Origin: a bacterium
Lineage (GTDB): Bacteria > Desulfobacterota > DSWW01
Length of the DNA stretch: 64,000 nucleotides
Direction: 5' to 3'
NCBI GenBank assembly: GCA_040756235.1
Contig: JBFLZG010000130.1
Span: 1-64,000 of the forward strand
This document shows positions 18,500-27,135 of this stretch, one piece after another. Within the stretch, counting starts at the first letter, position 1, and each line of letters begins with the position of its first letter. The notes beneath the pieces were generated by a model. The model did no database searches and had not been told where the DNA came from. It saw only the letters and a list, made by a program, of their open reading frames with translations. Both the position numbers and the translations under genes were made by a program.

Positions 18500-18868
18500 T
18501 CACTTGTGCGTCGCAACCTGAACGGCTGCTGCCTGCCGGCTTTCGGGCGAGACCCAGTGCCCGGGAGGCTGCGCAGGGACCGGCGGCTTCTCGCGCAGGG
18601 CCCTCTCGAGCTTGCGGCGGTAGGCGAGCCCCAGCAGGATGGAGCGCGGCTCGATCCCGAAGTGCGCGGGCGATTGCTTTCCCAGGAAATCGCAGATGGC
18701 TTTCACATCCATGGGAAGCGCGAGGGACACGATCGACCGGGCCCCGCGCAGGGTGTAGGCCGGATCCATGGATGGCGGGCCGTTCAGCCGCCCGGGTCCG
18801 GCTGTGCCGACGAGGTCCACTCCCTGTTCTGCCGCGAACGCCTTGATTCCCTTTTCCAGGTTTCCCAT
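18500..18868 (-). pseudogene. Truncated paralogue of the adjacent QueG-like gene
   Basis: First about 68 aa (GPPSMDPAYTLRGARSIVSLALP) parallel GPPSADLDYSLAGARTAVSFALP, then similarity stops; no Cys motifs; RBS GGAGG present. Confidence 0.7.
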
Positions 18869-19181
18869 GTGAAAACTACCTCCTCGTGCCCGCCGAGCGG
18901 AAGTCGGTGCCTCCCCCGGTTTCGCGTCCCTGGGGCCGGGTCAAGAGGGAAGGCCATACGATGTCATGCCCTCGGGCGGTTGGCAATCGTGCGTTTGCTT
19001 TGGAGCAACAGAGTTCAAGACCAACAACTCCTCGACATCATATCTCCTTGCTGACGGCACGCGCGAGCTCCGCGGCATCCTCCACGCCCCGGGACGGGAG
19101 GCTACCACGGGAGAACGACTCTGGCGCAGCGACCAAGGCGACGATCGAGCAGTCGCCTTGGTCGCCAAACAGGGTCCCACA

Positions 19182-19210
19182 TTGACAGAACCATGGCAGA
19201 TATGTACATT
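19182..19210 (+). promoter_or_regulatory. sigma70-type promoter of the PadR operon
   Basis: TTGACA-N17-TACATT. Confidence 0.7.
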
Positions 19211-19242
19211 AGCATCAAGGTACTCTATCAGGGAGGGCGATC

Positions 19243-19806
19243 TTGTCGCTGCGCCACGTTCTGCTGGGTCTGCTGTCGGAGAACTCGGGTCACGGCTACG
19301 CCCTGCGCAAGGAGTTCGTCGCCCGGCTCGGTCACTTTCGCGACATCAACGAGGGGCAGCTCTACACCGAGCTCGCCCGCATGGAGCAGGACGGCCTGGT
19401 CAAGCGCGAGGTCGTGGTCCCGGACAAGGGCCCGGCGCGCAAGCTCCTGCACATCACGGCCAAGGGCAGGCGGACCTTCCGGCAGTGGCTCTTGTCCGAT
19501 GCCCTCGAGAACGAGGGCGTCCTTTACGACTTCATCCAGGGATACCCCTTCTTTACCAAGTGCACGTTCCTCCAGCACCTGGAGCCGGCCCGGGCGGCAG
19601 AGAAGATCGATCGGCAGTGCGCGATTCTGGAAAAGAAAAGGAAGGCCTATGCCGAGATCCTTCCCAGGATGGAGCGCAGGGGGGTGGACCCCGTGCGGGT
19701 CCGCATTCTCGCCTTCGGCCTGGAGGAAATGGAGCACCGGGTGCGCTGGCTCGAGGCTCTGAAAACCGAGCTGTTGCAGGTGAAACGGGAGGTCAAGCGG
19801 GGATGA
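19243..19806 (+). CDS. PadR family transcriptional regulator
   Basis: LRHVLLGLL, HGYAL, GQLYTEL, IT.KG; TTG start with RBS GGAGG. Confidence 0.92.
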   Translation: MSLRHVLLGLLSENSGHGYALRKEFVARLGHFRDINEGQLYTELARMEQDGLVKREVVVPDKGPARKLLHITAKGRRTFRQWLLSDALENEGVLYDFIQGYPFFTKCTFLQHLEPARAAEKIDRQCAILEKKRKAYAEILPRMERRGVDPVRVRILAFGLEEMEHRVRWLEALKTELLQVKREVKRG

Positions 19807-20945
19807 ACGCCGAAGCGATCCGGGAGTTCGCCAAGGAAGAGGTCTATCCGACTCTCGCCGGCCGCTACGAGGGCCGGGAGTTCTCGCGGGATCTCTGGCA
19901 GAAGATGGGGCGGGCCGGCCTGTTCAAGTTCCTCGTCCCCAAGGATCTCGGGGGCTTCGGAGGGCGGCCGGAGGAGCTGGTGGCGGCCATCGAAGCCTTC
20001 GTCGCCGGAGGGCAGGACCCGGGGCTCTGCCTGTCCTGGATCGTGCACCTGCTCATCCACACCCGGGTGATCGCCTCCTTCGGGACTCCTGGCCAGAAGG
20101 AGAAGTACCTGCCGGCCCTGATCAGCGGGGAGCGGGTCGGCGCCCTGGCCGCGTCCGAGCCGGGGACCGGGGCCAACCCTGTGAAGATGCGCGCCCGCGC
20201 GGTTCGACAGGACGGGGCCTTCCGTCTCGACGCCCGCAAAATCTTCATCACCAACGGGCCCGTGGCGGACGTGGTGATCGTGCTGGCCCGGACCGGGGAG
20301 CAGCCGAGCAAGGAGAACATCTCGGCCTTTGTCGTGGAGGCGTCCACCCCGGGTTTCCGCTGCGCGCAGCGGATGGAGCTCGGCTACCTGAATACCTCGC
20401 CCCACGGAGAGCTCGCGTTCGAGGGCTGCGAGGTGCCGCAGGACTGCATGCTCGGCAGACCCGGGGACGGACACCTGCGCATCTCCAGGGCGGTCTTCGG
20501 CTGGGAGCGAACCTTGGTCACGAGCGGCATGGCGGCGGCTTTCGGTATCCTCCTGGATCACACGGCATCCTTCCTGGGCGGCGTGCAGAGGACCGGCGTC
20601 GGGGGGAGCGAGGCGGGAGAGTCCCGGCAGGCGATGCGCGAAGAGCTCGCCTGGTTCCACGTCCAGCTCGAGGCTCTGCGAGAGATGGGCAGGGGACTTG
20701 CCGCCGAGGTGCTGCGCGGGTTCGAGCTCGACGGCCGGCAGATGGAAAGGCTGCTTTTTCTCGGCGGCTCTCTGAACGAGTGGTGGGAGCGGTTCGTCCC
20801 GTTCTTCGAGAGGGTGTCGCCGCCCCGGGACTTCCCGGTCCCGATCCTCATGAACGATGCCCGCATCCTCAAGGTGAACCTGCTCCTGCGATCCGTGCAG
20901 CTCGGCCGGATCGCGGACTCGATGATGGCCCGGCGCAACGGGTAG
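19803..20945 (+). CDS. Acyl-CoA dehydrogenase family protein with divergent C-terminus
   Basis: ASEPGTGAN, KIFITNG; lacks the GGYGY and IYEGT motifs; ATGA overlap. Confidence 0.85.
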   Translation: MNAEAIREFAKEEVYPTLAGRYEGREFSRDLWQKMGRAGLFKFLVPKDLGGFGGRPEELVAAIEAFVAGGQDPGLCLSWIVHLLIHTRVIASFGTPGQKEKYLPALISGERVGALAASEPGTGANPVKMRARAVRQDGAFRLDARKIFITNGPVADVVIVLARTGEQPSKENISAFVVEASTPGFRCAQRMELGYLNTSPHGELAFEGCEVPQDCMLGRPGDGHLRISRAVFGWERTLVTSGMAAAFGILLDHTASFLGGVQRTGVGGSEAGESRQAMREELAWFHVQLEALREMGRGLAAEVLRGFELDGRQMERLLFLGGSLNEWWERFVPFFERVSPPRDFPVPILMNDARILKVNLLLRSVQLGRIADSMMARRNG

Positions 20946-21006
20946 GAAACACCGCGAGACGCCGCAGACGGGCGTTTCGGCACAGCCTCCAGGAAAGGAA
21001 CCCGTC

Positions 21007-21933
21007 ATGTTCGCATCCCCCAGGGAAGTGCAGGAGCGCTTCGAAAGCCAGAGCTACATCTGCTCCCCCGAGGTCGCGACCGTGGTGTATCTGTCTCTTC
21101 AGCTCCAGAAGCCTTTGCTCGTGGAAGGCCCTGCCGGCGTCGGCAAGACGGACCTGGCCAAGGTCCTGGCCGCCTCTCAGGAGCTGGAGCTGATCCGCAT
21201 GCAGTGCTACGAGGGGCTGGACGAGACCAAGGCGCTCTACGAGTGGGAGTACGCCAAGCAACTCCTCTACACCCAAATCCTGAAGGAGAAGATCGCGAGC
21301 ACGCTCGAGGCGTGCCGCACGCTCTCCGAGGCGGTCGAGAGGATCGCGAGCGAGCAGAGCGCCTTCTTCTCGGATCGGTTTCTCGTCCCCAGGCCGCTGC
21401 TCAAGGCCATTCTTTCGGAAAAACCGACGGTGCTGCTCGTGGACGAGGTCGACAAGGCGGATCCGGAGTTCGAAGCCTTTCTGCTGGAAGTCCTGAGCGA
21501 GTTCCAGGTCAGCATCCCGGAAACGGGCACGCTCCGGGCCCGGCACATCCCGCAGGTCGTGCTGACGAGCAACAACTGCCGGGAGCTGGGGGACGGCCTG
21601 AAGCGGCGCTGCCTGTACCTGTTCATCGACTTCCCATCGACCGAGCAGGAAGCGATGATCCTCAGGAAGAAGGTGCCGGACCTGGAGGAGAAGCTCTTGA
21701 GGCAGGTGGCCGACGCGGTCCACTCGATCCGCGGCCTCGACCTGAAGAAGGCGCCGAGCATCGGCGAGACGCTGGACTGGGCCCGAGCGCTGCTGCTGCT
21801 CCACGCGGACCGGCTCGATCCCTCGATCGTGCGGGCGAGCCTGCCCGTCCTGATCAAGCATCCGGAGGACCAGAAGCGGGTCATCGAGAAGATCGGAAGC
21901 GTGCTGCCGGCGGCGCGCAACGAGGCCCCCTGA
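21007..21933 (+). CDS. MoxR AAA+ ATPase (CoxD-like)
   Basis: EGPAGVGKT, QCYEGLD, LVDEVDKAD, LKRRC. Confidence 0.95.
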   Translation: MFASPREVQERFESQSYICSPEVATVVYLSLQLQKPLLVEGPAGVGKTDLAKVLAASQELELIRMQCYEGLDETKALYEWEYAKQLLYTQILKEKIASTLEACRTLSEAVERIASEQSAFFSDRFLVPRPLLKAILSEKPTVLLVDEVDKADPEFEAFLLEVLSEFQVSIPETGTLRARHIPQVVLTSNNCRELGDGLKRRCLYLFIDFPSTEQEAMILRKKVPDLEEKLLRQVADAVHSIRGLDLKKAPSIGETLDWARALLLLHADRLDPSIVRASLPVLIKHPEDQKRVIEKIGSVLPAARNEAP

Positions 21934-21946
21934 AAGGTGAAGGCCC

Positions 21947-23326
21947 ATGCAGGCCTACATCCTCCAGTTCGCTGATTTCCTCCGGGAGTCCGGCATGCGG
22001 ATCTCGACCGCGGAGATCCTCGATGCGCTCACGGGTCTGGGGCACATTGATCTCCTGGAGAAGAGGCAGTTCAAGACGCTCCTCAGGGCGTCGCTCGTCA
22101 AGCGAGCCGCCGACCTGCGGGAGTTCGACAAGCTCTTCGATCTGTTTTTTTCATCCTTCGAGGTCCCCGGTCAAGCCCTCTCTCCCGTCTCCTCCGGCGC
22201 CCTGGAGGGGCCGATCCGTGAGCTCCTCGAGCAGGCCAACGGCCTGTTCTCACCCTGGTTTCGCAAGCTCCTCCTGGAGGGTCTCCCCGCTTTCGCCGCG
22301 GCCATGCTCGATACCGGCCGGCAGGTCGGCCTCCAGGGGATGCGCTATCCGCTCCAGGCCCGCCACTTCGGCCACAGGATGCGGCGGGAGTTCGGCATGG
22401 AGCAGTGGGGGGAGCAGATCGCGCACCTGCTCGGCCGACTGGCCGAACGGGGGGCACCCGAATCGGACCTCGCGGCCCTGGAGCAGGAGATCGCGCAGCG
22501 GAGCGCGCTCCTGGGCGAAATGATCCAGGAGCACGTGGACCGGCGGGCGCGCATGCTCCTGGATGCCGACCGCAAGCGTGAGGTGCATGAAGACCTGATG
22601 CTCAAGGGCTTCGGTGCCTTGACTCCCTGGGAGATCCAGTCGATGCGCCGCGTGGTCCAGGACCTGGTCAAGAAGATCCGGGACGAATCCTCGCTCAGGG
22701 AGAGGCGATCGAGGAGGGGCAGGCTGGACATCAAGCACACGCTGCGCAGAAGCCTGCGCTACGGCGGGGTCCCGCTGGAGATGGTCCTGCGCAAGCGGAA
22801 ACGGTCCAAGGGAAGGGTCGTGGTCCTGTGCGACGTCTCCCAGTCGGTATGGAACGCCTCCCGGTTCATGCTCCATCTGCTCTATTCGCTCCAGGACCAG
22901 TTCAGCAAGGTCCGAAGCTTCGTGTTCGTGGACGAGCTGGGCGAGGTGACCGGCTGCTTCGAGCGCTACGAGGTGAACGAGGCCATCGAGCGCGCCTTGA
23001 AGGACGCGGGCATTCCCTACAACCGGTACACGGACTACGGGAGCGTGTTCAAGGAATTTTGCGCCAAGTACGCGGACGCCGTGAACCGCAAGACCACCTT
23101 CATCGTGATCGGAGACGGGCGGAACAACTTTTTTCTGCCCGGAGAGGAGTTCCTGGAGCGGATCCGGTCGCGGGCGCGCCGGGTCATCTGGCTGAACCCC
23201 GAGAGCCGGGGGTTCTGGAAGGTGGGCGACTCGATGATGCATCGCTACGGCAGGCACTGCGACGAGGTGCGGGAGTGCCGGAACCTGAAGCAGCTCATCG
23301 AGTTCGTCAGTGCCCTCACGCTGTGA
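21947..23326 (+). CDS. VWA domain protein (CoxE-like)
   Basis: CDVSQSV MIDAS-like motif, TDYG, GDGRNN, WLNPE. Confidence 0.92.
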   Translation: MQAYILQFADFLRESGMRISTAEILDALTGLGHIDLLEKRQFKTLLRASLVKRAADLREFDKLFDLFFSSFEVPGQALSPVSSGALEGPIRELLEQANGLFSPWFRKLLLEGLPAFAAAMLDTGRQVGLQGMRYPLQARHFGHRMRREFGMEQWGEQIAHLLGRLAERGAPESDLAALEQEIAQRSALLGEMIQEHVDRRARMLLDADRKREVHEDLMLKGFGALTPWEIQSMRRVVQDLVKKIRDESSLRERRSRRGRLDIKHTLRRSLRYGGVPLEMVLRKRKRSKGRVVVLCDVSQSVWNASRFMLHLLYSLQDQFSKVRSFVFVDELGEVTGCFERYEVNEAIERALKDAGIPYNRYTDYGSVFKEFCAKYADAVNRKTTFIVIGDGRNNFFLPGEEFLERIRSRARRVIWLNPESRGFWKVGDSMMHRYGRHCDEVRECRNLKQLIEFVSALTL

Positions 23327-23332
23327 TGGGCG

Positions 23333-23644
23333 TCAGGGAGGGCAGGAAGACTCACTCACGTAGACGAAGATGAATTCCTCGCCGTTGATGTCGATGACGA
23401 TGTCGGCTCCCCGGGACTCGGCATAGACCAGCCAGGCCGGCTTCTGCTCGTCGCAGCAAGTGACCGCGGGCGAGAAGGTGCCCTCTCTGCGATCGAACCA
23501 GGCAAGAAGCACGGCCTCGGGGCTTACGGCCCTCGCCTTCTCGTCGGCGATCCGCTTGGCCCGTACGAAATCCAGCGGCCCGTCGTCGATCCGGACGTCG
23601 ATCGGATTCACCAGCATGCCGCGCTCGGGCATACGTGGGTTCAT
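23333..23644 (-). CDS. AF1514 family small protein
   Basis: LLAWFDR...FSP..CC..KPAWLVYAESRG.DI.IDIN.EEFIF pattern. Confidence 0.75.
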   Translation of the reverse strand: MNPRMPERGMLVNPIDVRIDDGPLDFVRAKRIADEKARAVSPEAVLLAWFDRREGTFSPAVTCCDEQKPAWLVYAESRGADIVIDINGEEFIFVYVSESSCPP

Positions 23645-23715
23645 GAGAGATCTCCCCTGCCTCCGCGGGCCGCTGCAGCAGCCACGCCCTTCCGGACACA
23701 AACGCCGGATGCGGC

Positions 23716-23970
23716 TCAGCGGGACTCTTGCTTGCGGCGCCTGCGGGCCGCGCTCTTCACCGGATGCTTCGTCCCGATGATATGATGCGGGCGCGGCTTG
23801 CGGGAGGCGGGTGCCTGACTGTAGTCGCCGAACGGCGCATCTCTTTCGGCAATGGCGGCGGCGACGCCCTCGATCGCGGCCTTCTCGATGAAGCGCAGGG
23901 CCTCGGGCGTGTTCCGCATGTAGCCGTCCAGGACCGGGCCGAGCAGCTGCGTGCTCGCGAGCCCCTCCAT
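23716..23970 (-). pseudogene. Probable C-terminal relic of a crotonase/enoyl-CoA hydratase gene
   Basis: GLASTQLLGPVLDGYMRNTPEAL...AIAERDAPFGDYSQAP resembles crotonase-family C-termini (from memory); catalytic core absent. Confidence 0.5.
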
Positions 23971-24024
23971 GTCTTCTCACCTACGCATGCATTGGGTCAT
24001 TTCGCTTGCGGCGCCCGCAAAGTC

Positions 24025-24048
24025 GGGCAGGGCAACCCCTCTCCCTAC
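24025..24048 (-). repeat. GTAG-type REP-like palindrome
   Basis: Minus strand GTAGGGAGAGGGGTTGCCCTGCCC; similar to 28773. Confidence 0.6.
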
Positions 24049-24095
24049 AAGAGCGTCGATGGTATTGCCGCCGCAGGATGGCCTCCCGGAGACCG

Positions 24096-25550
24096 TCAGC
24101 GCAACAGATCGGCCACCCGCAGCGCGCTCTCGGCCGCCAGCTCGGTCCCGATGTTGTCGCGGCCCACGTCCGACCCCACCAGGTACAGGCCCTGGATCGG
24201 GGTCACCGGGTCGGGCCGGTCCTTGCCAACCTGCCCCACGCTCTGGACGATCCCCACGATGTCGGGAAAGAGGCGGCCCGAGTACTTGCTGATCCGGTTC
24301 AGGGTGCTGAAGTCGTACCACATGAGATGTTTCCGGATATCCGGATAGAGCCCGCACAGGTACCCGAGATGGTATTCCACCCAGGCTTCCCAGTTGCCGG
24401 ATTCGACCGGGGCGAGCCCGTAGAAATTGACGAGCTGCCGGCCCGGCGGCGCCAGGGAGGGGTCCATGTTGGAGGGGACCGGGATGAACGAATGGATGCC
24501 CTTGTACCCTTTGGGCGGCCGGTCCTCGGCAATCCCCTGCATGAGCTCGAACAGGCCCTCGAAGGCGCCTTCCCGGACGTTGCGGAGGATGAGGGGCGCA
24601 TCGATGACGGGCCGGTCCAGGGCGAGCTTCAGGTAGATCATGCCCATGGGCGTCTCTTCCACGAGCTTGCCGGTCGTGAGCGACCTGACCCGAGCCGCGT
24701 ACTCGGGGGGCAACTGTTCCGGCCCCACGTACCGCAGCATCGTTTCCCGGATCCCCAGGTTGCTCACGACCAGGGGCGCCCGCACTTCGGAGCCGTCTTC
24801 CAGCACGACTCCCAGCGCTTTGCCTCCCTCCACCAGGACCCGGGCGACCGGGCAGCTCAGCCGGACCGCGCCGCCGTGCTCCCTGACGATGCTGCAGAAC
24901 GCTTCCGGGATCGCGCTGCACCCGCCCATGGGATAACCCACGTTCGCGTCTCGCTGGGCGTTCTGGATCGTACGAATGAGCTCCCCGGCGGAAGCTTCCC
25001 GCGAGGTCACGACCGAGTAGATGAGCACGCGCTGGTGCTCCAGGGCGAGCAGGGTCCTGTTGCTCGTGAAGTTGCGCAGCCAATGGCTGTAGGGCGTCTT
25101 GTCCAGCTCGAAAGTCTTCCCGTACGGCATCGAGTCGATCTCGTCCCAGATGCGGAAGCAGGCGCTCACGTCTTCATCGGCCAGGCCGAAGGCGCGGTAG
25201 ACCTGCGCGAGGTCCGCGCGGGTCGAGAAGGACGGATCGGGATACGGGTACGGGTCCTCGTCCATGAAGAAGACGGGCCTCGATTCGGGCGCGGCGTGCC
25301 ACCATCGAATGCCGTCGGGTCGCACGACTCGTCTCAGGATCTCCCCGTAAGGCCCTTTCTCGCAGCGGCCGAACATGTGGACGAACACGTCGATCGTGAA
25401 CCCTTCCTTGCGGTAGCTCACGCAGCGGCCGCCCACGAAGGGATTGCGCTCGAGGATCTGGACCTCGAGCCCCCGGTGTGCGAGCAAGGCTCCGAGCGCT
25501 ACCCCGCCGATCCCTGCGCCCAGGATCAGTACGTCGGCGTCTCTGTTCAT
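24096..25550 (-). CDS. Phytoene-desaturase-family FAD oxidoreductase
   Basis: ILGAGIGG, ERNPFVGGR, GYPMGG, DPSLAPPG, TPIQGLYLVG. Confidence 0.88.
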   Translation of the reverse strand: MNRDADVLILGAGIGGVALGALLAHRGLEVQILERNPFVGGRCVSYRKEGFTIDVFVHMFGRCEKGPYGEILRRVVRPDGIRWWHAAPESRPVFFMDEDPYPYPDPSFSTRADLAQVYRAFGLADEDVSACFRIWDEIDSMPYGKTFELDKTPYSHWLRNFTSNRTLLALEHQRVLIYSVVTSREASAGELIRTIQNAQRDANVGYPMGGCSAIPEAFCSIVREHGGAVRLSCPVARVLVEGGKALGVVLEDGSEVRAPLVVSNLGIRETMLRYVGPEQLPPEYAARVRSLTTGKLVEETPMGMIYLKLALDRPVIDAPLILRNVREGAFEGLFELMQGIAEDRPPKGYKGIHSFIPVPSNMDPSLAPPGRQLVNFYGLAPVESGNWEAWVEYHLGYLCGLYPDIRKHLMWYDFSTLNRISKYSGRLFPDIVGIVQSVGQVGKDRPDPVTPIQGLYLVGSDVGRDNIGTELAAESALRVADLLR

Positions 25551-25574
25551 CGCCTCTTTCCCCCTCTGTTCTTC

Positions 25575-26204
25575 TCACTGCAGAGCGATTCCGACGATCC
25601 CCTCCAACTCGCCGAGCGCCGCCTGCGGGTCGGATACCCGGATGGTTGTCATGCCGAGCTGCCGGGCAGGCTTGAGGTTGCGGCCGATGTCGTCGAGGAA
25701 CACGCCTTCTTCGGGCCGGATCTCGAGCTCCCTGCAGGCCACCTGATAGATGCGGGGATCGGGTTTCTGCAGGCCCGTCCGACTCGATTCGACGAATACG
25801 TCGAACTCGGCCCTGAGCAGATCCATCCGCTCTGCGTACGGACCGTCGGTCAGCCAGTTGTTCGTGAGCGCGGCGACCTTGAAGCCGGCCGCGCGCAGGC
25901 GCCGGATCGCCTCGAGCATGGGGGGCCTGGGCTGCGTGTCCAGGGTGATCTCGGCGATGAGATCGCGGCTCGAGATGCGGCCGCCCGCAGCCGCAACCTC
26001 GGCATCGAAGGCGTCGAAGAACTCCTCCATGCCCATCTTCCCGCGCTCGAGCCTGGACCAGGCGCCGTCCAGCCCGCGCTGCGCGATGAGCCGGTTGAGA
26101 AAATTGGGGGAGAGCCCGATTCGGGCCTCATATCTGGCGAGCACTTCGAGCGGAGAATCCAGCACCACGCCACCCAGATCGAAGATCACGGCTTTGATCG
26201 CCAT
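25575..26204 (-). CDS. HAD family phosphatase
   Basis: IFDLGGV, LTNN, KPDPRIY, FLDD. Confidence 0.93.
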   Translation of the reverse strand: MAIKAVIFDLGGVVLDSPLEVLARYEARIGLSPNFLNRLIAQRGLDGAWSRLERGKMGMEEFFDAFDAEVAAAGGRISSRDLIAEITLDTQPRPPMLEAIRRLRAAGFKVAALTNNWLTDGPYAERMDLLRAEFDVFVESSRTGLQKPDPRIYQVACRELEIRPEEGVFLDDIGRNLKPARQLGMTTIRVSDPQAALGELEGIVGIALQ

Positions 26205-26220
26205 CCACCCTCCTCCGAAT

Positions 26221-26432
26221 GAGGCTGTCGATAAACGGCCATCTGCAGCGTTGCGCTCATCGGGCGTGGAGGTCCCGGGGCAGCCTGCCCCGGCGAAAGC
26301 CGGGGGTCACCGCGGCGTACGGCCGCGTACGCCTCGTTCCTCAGGATTTGTCCTCCCAGGGGTCGGACACCCCATCCTGCGGATGGGTCCCCATTCTCGC
26401 GCGCCTTGCATCCGGCATTTCTCAACAGCCTC
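26221..26432 (+). repeat. Inverted-repeat element copy with two nested palindromic insertions
   Basis: Same ends and core as 7999, plus inserted CCTGCCCCGGCGAAAGCCGGGG and TCCTCCCAGGGG..CCCCATCC..GGATGGG. Confidence 0.85.
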
Positions 26433-26477
26433 TCTCGAGCGGTGTCTTGCGCCACCCTCTGAGCGGAGCCCGGACGT

Positions 26478-26921
26478 TCACGGCTCCTCCAGGCGCAGTC
26501 TGGCCTCCTCGAGGGCGCCCTGGAAGACCCTGGAAAAGACCCGGCGGCAGGCGGCGGCGAAAATCGGACCCACGATCGGCACGGGCACTTCGAATCGGCT
26601 CACCCAGTTGATGTCCGTTCCGTCCCCACGGCTCGCGAAATCCAGGCGGCCGATCTCGTGCCGGATGGGCAGCGTGCACTCGCGCACGCGATACTCGAGC
26701 CGCCTGGGCGGATCGAAGCCCACGATGTCCTCCAGGAAGGTGACGCCCAGGATGCGGATCCTGCGGACCGCGCCGAGCCCGTTCCTCTCTTCACGCCCGG
26801 GCTCCAGCAGGCGCGCCTCGCTGACGCGGCGGATGAAGGTGTAACCCTGGTGATCGCTGAATAGAGACCAGACCTTTTCCGCAGGCGCCCGGATGTGGAT
26901 GTTGACATGGATCGTCTCCAT
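26478..26921 (-). CDS. SRPBCC family protein
   Basis: IRAPAEKVW, GLGAVRRI, FDPPRRLEY; RBS GGAGG. Confidence 0.88.
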   Translation of the reverse strand: METIHVNIHIRAPAEKVWSLFSDHQGYTFIRRVSEARLLEPGREERNGLGAVRRIRILGVTFLEDIVGFDPPRRLEYRVRECTLPIRHEIGRLDFASRGDGTDINWVSRFEVPVPIVGPIFAAACRRVFSRVFQGALEEARLRLEEP

Positions 26922-27037
26922 CTCTCTCCCTCCCTTACGGATAGCGAGTATTGTCCACGATCGCAGAAAAGGAAAGCGAAAAGGAGGTATCGCGGACACA
27001 ATGGACACCCGGCGCGGGGCGGCCGCGCGTCGACCGT

Positions 27038-27066
27038 TTGAAATTGAAGGCTCAGGGACGTATTAT
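27038..27066 (+). promoter_or_regulatory. sigma70-type promoter of the helicase gene
   Basis: TTGAAA-N17-TATTAT in an AT-rich patch. Confidence 0.55.
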
Positions 27067-27135
27067 ATTCTAAATGGTTCTACCCGCTGAGCACTCCCGC
27101 CCACGGACCCAAGACCCAGAAAAGAGGAATCCGAT

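Noticed and set aside
19060..19170. HDV-like ribozyme around TCCACGC
   Set aside because: The flanking P3 and P1 pairings could not be formed
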